Source: Peribolospora baueri (Eukaryota). From it: a stretch of DNA of 64,000 nt. The DNA lies in the NCBI GenBank assembly GCA_029717555.1, contig JAMDHS010000066.1, positions 1-64,000 on the forward strand. The letters are read 5' to 3'. A program made the translations under genes and the position numbers. Below, in pieces: positions 1 to 9,375 of the stretch; position 1 is the stretch's first letter; each line of letters starts with the position of its first letter. The notes under the pieces are model-generated. The model searched no databases. It was not told the DNA's origin and saw nothing but the letters and a program-made list of their open reading frames with translations.

Positions 1-5
1 AAAAG

Positions 6-42
<37 letters not shown>
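1..42. repeat. poly-A run (T tract inside an intron of the RCC1-repeat gene)
   Basis: Directly visible homopolymer downstream of the donor near 130. Confidence 0.8.
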
Positions 43-46
<4 letters not shown>

Positions 47-2296
47 AGCCACAGAACGCGAAATCAGCGGAAGAACAACGCGTTCGCTTCCGAACGTGAC
101 GGGTATCGGACAGGCTAGGTTTGGCTCACTTTCCCCGCCAGCTGATATAGCCCTTGGCGGTCGATGACCACCGAGTTTGTCGGGCCGGCGACGACTTGCG
201 TTGCTCGCGTCATCTCGTTGGAGCCCGCAAACTGGGGCACAAGCGTCGGAGTGAGCTGGTCGGCTTGGTTACCTAGACCCAGACGACCGTACCCTGCATA
301 TCATCGTCACGGATAAAAGAACGAGACGCCGTCGTGCCCTGTCAGAGATGGGCAGACATCCTTGAATGACGCTACTAGGGCGGTCGGGACTCACCTCCAA
401 AGCCCCAGACGTAGACGTAGCCGCCTTCGTCGAGAGCGATGCTATGCTGCTGTCCAACGCTGATCTGAGTGATCTTTTTGTCGGTCAGGGCACGGACGAG
501 CACTACGGTGCACCGGGGCGAGAGTGGAGAGGGGAAAGATTATGAGCAACGTAGAAATGCAAAGTGCGAGGCTGGAGAGATAAAGATACGGAGAGGACGG
601 CTGTGATCACTCACTTGGCGTTGATCGTGTTTCAAAAGCGAGCTTGGAGCCCGAGATGAAGTGCTCGCCAGTTCGGCCGTTGCCGAGCTGTCCCTTTTCG
701 GAAGAACCAAAGGCGTAGACTGTGCGACGCACCAGACGATGAGTACAACCAAAAGAGAAGAAAACAAACCAACCATCCCGACAGAGGAGCTTGAGCGAGA
801 AGGTTCAAAAAGAGGAGAGAAGACTGAATACGCCCGCGCCAGGTCACCACGACTTACCATGTCCTGCCTCCGTTAAGAGCAAACTGAAGGTCAAGCCCGC
901 ACCAGCACTTATGACCTTGTCCTTCTGTTTGATGTAGGGCGCATTGTCGATGCGCTTGAAGGTCGTTTGATCTCGGAGGTCATGGTTTCCGCACTGAAAA
1001 TAAGAAACAGGCGCGGTGTTGCAGATACAACACGGGTGATTAGACAGGCTAGGAGCGAAGAAAGCCACCAAAATTGCCTGTAGTGTGATGCTAGCAGCCC
1101 CACCTGTCCCATCTTGTTGTCACCAGCAGCGTACGCGTTTCCCTCGCTCGTAACCAAAAGAAGATGATTCCTTCCCACGCCGCACTCGACGACCTTTTCA
1201 CCAGGGCGGAGGGGAGGCTGGAAGTGCTTGGAAGGGACGAGCTTCTCGGGTTGCCAGACCGTGCTGGAGTGGCCAAGGCCGAGTTGACCGTGCTCGTTTC
1301 GGCCGAAAACGTATACTCCGCCATGAACTGTATAAAGAGAAGTACAATCATCCCGCCGCCATTTAGGAAAAGAAAAAGGAAAGACAGGAAGAAAGGCATT
1401 GGACTGGTGGTCAGACGGACTAGAACAAGCTCGCGCCGACGGTCGACAGCCATTGTGGATGACGTGTGTTCCCACCGCGCGCGACTCACCATCGAGGAGG
1501 ACATTAGAACAAGAAGAATGATTGGCGAAGACGCGCTTCATGCGTACGTTGGCGACCGCTCGAATGATGTGCGGACTCGCCAGGTCTGGGCTGGTGAGCA
1601 TGTGACCGGATGGGGAAGGTTCAGGAAAGAGGCGGAGAAAAGAAGCAGACAAGGAATTGTCGAGTGAGCAAAGCAAAAGCAAATTGGAACTGGACAAAAG
1701 TCTCACCGCTCCTCGTTGACGGGCTTGCCTCCTCCCTTGATCTTGCGGCCCAGCACCGGCCTGCATAAGGGACATGGCGATGACGTGGTAGGAACGAAGA
1801 TGGGTCAGGATGAAATTTGGCTCGGCTTGAATTGGCCATAGTCGATAGTACAAAGCGACCGGGTGGGGCGACGATAGGCCGTCCCGATGCGACCGCGAGC
1901 TCGCTCACCAGTCCGTACCACCGCAAAGGAGGGCTGTCGCGCGGGAAAGGCGGAGCCAAAGGTAGGATCCGCCAAAGTCAACGAGACGGGAGACAGCAGA
2001 AAGCGCGTCAGTCACGAGCGCTGCGTTGCGGGGACTCGATTCGACCAATTATCAGATCCGCGCTGACGACCCGACTCGCGAACCAGAATCGCTCGACGCG
2101 GTTTACGCGCTCATTTATCTCCCCCCTCCTTCTCTTTTCTCCCACTGCCCTTTCGGACGCGTCCCGTGATTACCCTCCATCCCTCCCTCACAACACGCGC
2201 CCGATGGCCAGCAGATCGAAGGGGAGAACGGGCGGACTCACCGCGACCCCAGTCGGGCACCGCCTTGGCCTCCTTCGTGCTCGCTTCGCTCGCCAT
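1..2296 (-). CDS. RCC1-repeat protein, RCC2/TD-60-like (multi-exon, 3' end beyond window)
   Basis: Spliced translation MASEASTKEAKAVPDWGR / LLCGGTDW / PVLGRK..., then RCC1 repeats VYVFGRNEHGQLGLGH, VYAFGSSEKGQLGNG, GYGRLGLGNQAD. Introns are GT-AG. The last visible exon ends near 130 at a GTGAG donor. Confidence 0.85.
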
Positions 2297-2517
2297 GCCT
2301 GCGTTCGAAGGAGGGAGCGGCCGTACCGACGAAACAAAACTATTTCCGGCTTCACCCGGACAAGCTTGGCCTTCTCTCAACGGAATATGGAGTGTACGCC
2401 CAGAGGGGAGGAAAGAGGAGGTCGGCGGTGGCTGACCTGAGCGGACAACAAGATTCCCTTCGCAATCTCTCCCCTTCCAAGCGACTCCACATTCCCCTCA
2501 GTCGGACGGACGCGAGG

Positions 2518-4047
2518 ATGAGCGAGGCACGTGATCATGCCGCAGTTTATCATAACCCTACCTGTTCCGATCACCGTTCTCTCTCGGACTAGGGACGACG
2601 AAAGGACGAACTAGCGAGCGACAAGTCCAGCACGTCCGGACGAACCGACCGTGTCCACAATCTCAACATGAACGTCCTCTTCATCCATACCCCGGCCTTC
2701 ACAGACGATGTCTACGCCTCACGCGTCCGGGGCAAGAGAGTGCAACTGGCCAACCCGGAGAAGGAGGCCGAGTACAGCGATGCGGCGAAGGCCAAGCGCC
2801 TTGCCAAGGCTAGGAGGAGGCGACGAAAGGAGAGGAGGAAGGAGGAGCGAAAGGAAGCGGAGAGGCCTTTGAGCAGGAGCGAGAGAAAGAGGATGGGGTT
2901 GGTTGTTGCTGGTGGGAAGATGAGGTGCGTTCAGATCGTCCGTCCACACGCCTTTGTGTCCTCGCTGCTGACCTGGTCGCCTTTCTACCATCTCTGCCAG
3001 GTACGCCTCCGTACTCCCTCTGCACAACCTCTGGATAGAGTACATGACCGGCCTACTTTCGCTACACAAGTTGCGCTCGTCCCCGCTTATGTCTACCTCT
3101 GCTCCGATGGCGCCGTCGATTGTCGACATCTTAGATGAGCAAGGTCCATCAATAGGGAACGGGAATGCGAAGGGAAAGGGGAAAGGGAAAGGGAGGGAAG
3201 AGCCGCCGCGGAAGGAGTCAGACCCACGTTCTGGGGAAAACTTCAGTTCTTCGCACGCGGTATTGGCTTCAGAGATGGTCTCCCAGGTGGACAGGGGAAT
3301 GGCAGCCTCCATGCAGGCCAGCCTTGTCAAGGCGGACTATCATGGGTGTTTGATCGAGGGTGAGTCGCATGTCACAGTTCGAGACTCACCGCTTATGTGT
3401 CTTTCCCCTCAGAGTCCCCGAACTGACATCTGTTACTTTCTACGCCACCGTCTGATGGCTCGCAGTGACCCGCGCCAAATCTCCCTCGCTCTTGGGACAA
3501 AAGGGCATCGTCATCCAAGAGACGGAGAACACTTTCAAGATCGTCACCGAGAAGGATCGGGTGCAAAGTGAGTAGTTGTGCTTGTCGGTCTGTTGTTTGG
3601 ATCGGGAACGGCGGCGGTCTCTTGAGCCCCTTGAAAAAGGCGCTGGACACAGAACAACGGACTGAGTTTCTTCTCCTCTCCATCTCCCCTGACGGCTACC
3701 ATCCAGCCATTCCGAAGCAAAACTGTGTCTTCACCTTCGCCATCCCATTTCCCTCTTCTTCTTCACTTTCCACTGCCGGACCTTCCAGCTGTTCCGGTAC
3801 ACCTGTCAGCGCCGGCGGAGGTACGGGCACAGCACCGACGCCAGCAGAACCCGCAGAAGCAACGGGTGCGATGGCCGTGGACCAGGAGCCTTCTTCGACA
3901 GCCCCAGAGACGCCACCACAACCATCCGTCGCGTACCCATCCACTCGAAGAGAACTCCGCTTCTCCCTTTATGGGAACCAGTTTAGGTATAGAGCAGGCG
4001 AGAGGGCAGGGAGGAAGTTTAAGCCGAAGAAGAGCGTGGAGTTTTAG
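2518..4047 (+). CDS. POP4: RNase P/MRP subunit p29 (Pop4/Rpp29)
   Basis: Spliced motifs PLHNLWIEYM, LVKADYHG, GIVIQETENTFKIVT, IPKQNCVFTF, LYGNQFRYRAGERAGRKFK; stop at 4045-4047. The start is uncertain (2518 via a GC-AG intron, or 2668). Confidence 0.88.
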
Positions 4048-4340
4048 GACGCGGTGGAAAGTCCGGGAGGTATTGCTGGTCGCGTGTGTGCGTGCCCTTC
4101 GGGTTCGAGAGAGCGTCTTCCCTATCTGAACGCTGCGTCATCTTGAGGTCATCATTTCGGCCGAATTTTGGTGCATAGATGCGGTTGAGAGACGAAGGCG
4201 CCGTGTAAAAGACACGACAGGCTGAGCTCGCCTCAGGTCTCGTATTGGGGAACATGTGTGCAGACTGTTCTTGGAGGCAAACCAGATTGTTTTCTCGTGG
4301 CCTACATTATCCAGACGTGAATCCTTTGCCTGTATCCACT

Positions 4341-5699
4341 TCACTCCAACACAGAAAGAACGACACGCACCGCTCCCTCCTTGCCCTCCTTCGACTTGCC
4401 CTCCCTCAACGCCACCCGGCCTGCCACATACTCGGCGAGGCGCCGCTGCGTCTCGGCCTTATCTTCCCCTCCTTCGACGCGGTCCAAAGAAACGCTCGGG
4501 GAGGAAAGCAGGTGGGAAGCCAGGGTGGTGGGGAGGGACGCGAGGGTGATCGGGGAGGAGGGCGCGTCAGAGAGGACTGTGGAGAGGGCGCAGCGCAGCG
4601 CTGAAGGACTGGCGAGAGTGGAGACGGATCGCGCTGTACGCGCGCCGTCGTCGCCGTCGTCGTCGACCTTGGACCCCGGAGTGCCCTTGTCCTTTTTCTT
4701 GTCCTTCTTATCCTTCTTGTCCTTCTTCTTCTTTCCGTCCTTGGGTGTGTCCGTCTCTGAAGGCGTCATGACGCCTTCGATGGGAGTGCCCTCGTTCTCG
4801 TCGGCAGCCTTGGCCGCCTTATCCTTCTTCTTTTTGTCCTTCTTCGCCTTCTTCTCGCTCCTCCTCCCTTCGTCGCCATCCCCTTGGTCATTGGCGGTCG
4901 ACGTCACATTCACCTCGATCTTGCCGTCCGCTTCCGCAGCGGACTGACCTGCCTCGCCTGAATCGGCCTTGCGCTTCTTGCCTTTCTTTTTCTCCGAATC
5001 CGGCTCGCCATTTGTCGCCAAAGCGGGCGCAGGACTGGTTGGCGCGAGTGTCGTGGAAGCGGGAGTAGGCTCACTCTTTCCGTTCACGTCTCCTGATGGC
5101 GTGCCCGGCTTGGACGACTCCGACTGTTTGCCCTGAAAACGAAAGAATTGGAGGGTAGAGAGGAGGAAAGGATATGACATGGCATACAATCACAGAAAGC
5201 AGATGGGTGACGATGAGTCGATCGTATATACCTAACAGCAGTTTTGGCGGTCGCTCCATCCAATGACGAGGCATTCATAAGACGTGCAAAAGCGGACGTT
5301 TCGCACGGTCCAACAGGTTCAATGCGCTCGCTCACCTTCTTTGGTTTGTACACGCTCTTTTGGTACTTCTGTTCCTCGGAGATACAGGCAGTGTGGCCCT
5401 TGTACTCAGCTGGCGTCCAGAAGGTGGTCGAGCAGTCGAGACAGGTAAAAGAGCCGCCGCACCGGGAGCGGTCTACATTCGCCGACAGCATGGTATACGA
5501 CGGTCGATTAGTCGTATTCGAAATTTGGCAAGAGAGACATCGAAAACTGTACCTATCTACTCTACTCACGCTGATCCAGCTTCGGCTTCTTGACAACGTC
5601 TCCGCAATTATCGCAGCTGCGAGAAGGAAAGGAAGCGACACCATCAGCATACAGTGGAGAATGACTGAGGATGGGAGAGACTCACTTGAATGATACCAT
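4341..5699 (-). CDS. LYAR-type C2HC zinc-finger nucleolar protein
   Basis: MVSF / CDNCGDVVKKPKLDQ / RCGGSFTCLDCSTTF...HTACISEEQKYQKSVYK, followed by a Lys/Asp-rich tail; ATG at 5697-5699, TGA at 4341. Confidence 0.9.
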
Positions 5700-6304
5700 G
5701 TTGATCAGTTCGGTTGGTGGTGAAGAAGGAAGAAGGAAGAAGGAAGGAACGAGGGACGAATGGATGGAGAAAAGCTGCGGCACGGTTGGCCCGTGCGGGC
5801 GCGTCGTTGCCTACACCTTAATTAACCTTTGTCGTCCTACAACGTGGCTTTACGGGAAGAAGCACGAGAGATTGCATCTCGCACTGCAGAGCCTGACGAA
5901 GGTAGGTCGAGATTGGGAAAAAGTTGTAGAGAACTACAATTGTTTTCCGTCAGCCTGCCTTTGTTTCGTCCTGTTAAGTAATGAGTGATTATGGTATTCT
6001 TCCGTACGGGCTAGCACTATCAGCTCATGAAAAGAGAGAGGAAGAGTTAAAGGTGGTTGTCCTATAAGTCTACTTTCATCTTTGATCACTAGAAAACACC
6101 GATAGAGCGATTTTGAAAGCTTAAGGGCTTTTGGGGCCAGAGCCGACGTTCCACGCCACGCCGTGCTGACGAAGGTTCTCCCTCTCACTCTTTAAGACAC
6201 ATTAATTGACTGAAGCTCAGGACAAGGAATTGCGCAATTCGCTGAACACGTCACAATCGAAAAGAAATTGTCTATTACAGTACATGTGTGAATACATGTG
6301 TGAA

Positions 6305-6414
6305 GTGTCCGTGATGACTCCGCGGTTCGAGGCGCGGGTAGGGAAGATGATGGTATTTTCCTCATAAGTTTATATTGAAGGTCGCTAGCGTCCCTTGCGA
6401 ATGACCTGAGACGC
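6305..6414 (+). ncRNA. candidate box C/D snoRNA
   Basis: Box C GTGATGA at 6311-6317, box D CTGA at 6406-6409, terminal stem GTGTC/GACGC with K-turn spacing, internal C'-like ATGATGG. I found no convincing rRNA guide match. Confidence 0.3.
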
Positions 6415-6471
6415 GCGCCACTGCCTCCCCAACCATGTTGACCGCTTGACAACCATACACGACGCTCGCCT

Positions 6472-6725
6472 GATAAAGCAACGAGAAGAAACGGGTCTTC
6501 AACAGGGAGGGAAGAAAAAGCGGCGAGAAAATCGGTTTTCAACATTGTCGTGACACGTGGCAAAATGGAAAGGCGTGGACGGAGAATCAGTGGAGGGAGA
6601 TTAGCGATATGAAAAACAAGAATAAAAGCGTCTTCAACAAGAAAGAAACGGGCTCTTGACAGAGAGGGAGGATAAAGCAGCGAGAAGAAAGGGGTCGTGA
6701 ACAAGAAAAAAACGGGTCTTCAACG
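6472..6725. repeat. degenerate array of about six copies of the core AAACGGGTCTTCAACA
   Basis: Copies end near 6504, 6544, 6639, 6661, 6703 and 6725; three carry a longer GA(T/A)AAAGCRRCGAGAA extension. Confidence 0.7.
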
Positions 6726-7411
6726 TACAACATTGAATACGTGGCCCACAGCGGAGGGCACCCATACATTCCCAAAAGCTGTCTGAAGGGTATCAGCAAC
6801 TCGACTTTCGCCGCGGACAGCGGGTGCATTGCCTCACAGTTGGCCACTGAGTTGGGCTCAGTGTATGCCACCCGTATTTCTACGAGGCTCGCGCTCAGTT
6901 CCTAGTGTAGACCCAAGTGGTTCAGAAGGCTTGCTTGGTTACGTGTGGAATGGCAAATAACGCCTATTGGATCGCGAGGACTATGGGCCTCCCCAACTCG
7001 TACGACTCGGTCGTGACGTTCGCCAACGGACAGATGTGCATTTACAGGTACGACCTAGCGCCTCTGCACTGCCAGTACTATCCAGACTCCCACTATCCTG
7101 CCTCCAACTGCAACTCACCCGGACGATACGAGGTGAATACTCCGATGACTTGCCCCTCGGGAGATACTCGGACGTACTCGGACTGGACAGGGTGGAGCAC
7201 CGACACGGTGGATCTGATCGCTTACACCTACTTCAACGCGACGGAGAACGGGTCGAGGAACAGTACGGCCATCGTGTGTTCCGTCAACGAGGAATCGGAC
7301 GTCATGGTGCGAAAGCCAAAGAACGTCAACATGTCCCGACACTCTGTGTATACTGTCTCGGCCTCCCAGCCTTACACGGCGTGTAACGTCACCTATTCCC
7401 TACCCAGCTAA
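6724..7411 (+). pseudogene. orphan Cys- and N-glycosylation-rich ORF fragment (possible secreted or membrane glycoprotein remnant)
   Basis: ORF 6917-7411 has 8 Cys and the sequons NAT, NGS, NST, NMS, NVT. An upstream protein-like segment in another frame (TYNIEYVAHSGGHPYIPKSC...) has no signal peptide or clear start. Confidence 0.35.
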
Positions 7412-7447
7412 CGGAGCCAACAGGAGGCCATTGCCGGCGTCAGGTCA

Positions 7448-8728
7448 TCAGTTCATCGAGCAAGGGTATGTAAAGGTGTAATTACAGTAGTATACTAACA
7501 AATATTCCACTTCTCGCCTTTCGCCTCCCGCGGTAGTGCAATATTCCACTTCTCCCCGCGGGAATGTACGCTGGCGTCGATGGCGACCCGACCAAGGCGT
7601 GCACGTTCCGGCCGGTGCTGGTGGGCGTGACGAGGACGATGCCAGAGCCGACGCTGCTCGCGGGCGACGCCCTGGACGGAGCGGGCGTGCCCAGCTGCGA
7701 CGCCGCCGGCGCTCCAAGGCCCACCGTGGGGTTGGCCGTTGCAGGTACACGGATCGGAGCCGGCGCGGGCCCTGCGGAGGAGCGAGGGGGCCGCTTTGCC
7801 GGACAAGGGGCGAGGGCGGTCTGGCTTTGCGGGGGCGATGGTGGCGGAGGGCGCCGACGCCGACGTGGGCGCGAGCGAGTCGTGGGGCTAGCGGGAATGG
7901 TGGCAAGACGGAGGCCGCGGTGAGCGAGGAGCGGCTACGAGACCGTGGGCGGCGCGCCGGAGGGGGGGCCCTGCGGGAGGCCCACGCCGGCGGCGATGAG
8001 GCCGACCTGACCGTCGTCCTGCGACGTCAGATGCAGGAAGGAGAGGCCGGGATGGAGATGGCCGTAGGGGCCCTGATGGGCTTGCTGTGCCGCCGGAGCG
8101 GGGGACGACAGCGAGGCTGCCAAAGTGGTCATGATGCCGACGCCCATTCCCACGTCCCCGTCGATGCCCATGCCCAATGCCTCCAACGAGTCGGCGAACA
8201 TGAAAAGCGAGCCAGCGACGAGGCCGATTGGTAAGAAGGGGTGGGAGCGGGGGCGGGACTACGGAGGCCCGGGCATCGGAGGCTGATCGAGGCCCGCAGC
8301 CGAAGGAGCGGTTGACAGAGTGGACTGTCACGACGACGCGGTCAACGCGGGGTCGAGACGGGGAGGGACGAGGAGAGACCGGCATCGGCGAAAGTCTTCT
8401 GACGCAAGGTCCGGAGCCGCTCTTCGATCTCCGCCCGTTGCCTACTCTCGTCCTCGGCGCTGCCTGGTGAGCGCGCGGCCAGCCGGCTCTCCAAGCCGTC
8501 GAAGCGCCTCATCATCGCCTCGTGAAGACGGGCGGACGCCTCTTCCATGGCGCCTGGTTGACGGCCGACGGTCAGACCGGTGAGGGCGTCGAGCGGGCTC
8601 CCACCGCGGAGGAGCGCTTCGGCACGAAGTGACGGCGAACGTGGCACCGCAAGAGGGCCGGCCGGGGCAACGGATGGGTAGGGAGGGGGATGGGCCACGG
8701 ATGGGGCTGGGAAACGGCGCTGGGCCAC
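7448..8728 (-). pseudogene. decayed retroelement ORF1/gag-like frame
   Basis: A single frame 8728->7448 is interrupted only by TGA at 8342, 8129 and 8027, and includes a coiled-coil-like MEEASARLHEAMMRRFDGLESRL...AEIEERLRTL. The gag identity is inferred from position after the PBS only. Confidence 0.45.
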
Positions 8729-9018
8729 GGATGGGGTGGGAGGGGGCTAGGAAACGGCGAGGTCGTCGCTGGAGCGTGTGGCTCGGCGGGTGCGTTGGAA
8801 AAAAAATTGAGACAAGGTTGGTCTTCCTTCTGGATCTCGCTTATGGTTGCTACAGGTTGGGGTCTCCTGCTGGCGTCGCCATGTAACGCACCCAAGATAG
8901 GAGATGGAGGAAGACTACTGGGTTCCATGGTGGTCGGTGGCGGCTGCGATGGATATCACCGTCCTCCACCGACCACGTGACCTAGTCTACATGGCGATCT
9001 GGGCCCCTTACCGTTACA
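7500..9018 (-). mobile_element. truncated LTR retroelement remnant (5' LTR + PBS + decayed ORF)
   Basis: LTR 8882-9018 is bounded by TGTAACG...CGTTACA and followed directly on the minus strand by TGGCGACGCCAGCAGGA (PBS-like), then a long Pro/Arg-rich frame with three TGA stops. No matching second LTR, TSD or pol is visible. Confidence 0.7.
8865..8881 (-). promoter_or_regulatory. primer-binding site complementary to a tRNA-Ser-like 3' end
   Basis: The plus strand reads TCCTGCTGGCGTCGCCA, resembling a fungal tRNA-Ser 3' end (...UCCUGCUGGUGUCG+CCA, from memory), and abuts the LTR terminus. Confidence 0.7.
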
Positions 9019-9375
9019 GATGGAATGTTAGGCTGGCGGGGGAAGGGTGGAATGTTATACTGCCGGGGAGAGGGTCTTCATCTAGCCGTTTGCCGTAGCT
9101 CGAATCGGTCACCATTGCGATGGATGGACCCAGTCCCGTGCGTAAGGGTTGGCCCGTGCCCACTGCCGCAGCAAAGGGCTTGCTTGGGCGTGAAAGATAG
9201 GACAACGTGCAACGTGCAACTTGAGACGGCATTCATACCCACCGCGACGACCGCCCAATACCCCTCGGAGACCATCTTCTCGCTCCTTTCTCATTCTGCG
9301 CCGGTCGCTCAGCTCGTTCCCATCTCTGCCTCACACGGACCATCTCGGTACTTCGTGGTCCGACCGGCCCTTACG

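Noticed and set aside
6472..6725. Repeat array as a CRISPR locus
   Set aside because: Eukaryotic context, degenerate repeats, irregular and mostly very short spacing, non-unique spacers, no cas genes.
7382..7485. Second LTR (TGTAACG...TTACA)
   Set aside because: The interior shows no similarity to 8882-9018 and no shared TSD is visible.
6016..7538. CACTA transposon ends
   Set aside because: CACTA/TAGTG pentamers are present, but there is no extended TIR match and no 3-bp TSD.
8840..8881. tRNA-Ser gene
   Set aside because: Only the 3' end is similar, CCA is encoded, and there are no D or anticodon arms; better explained as a PBS.
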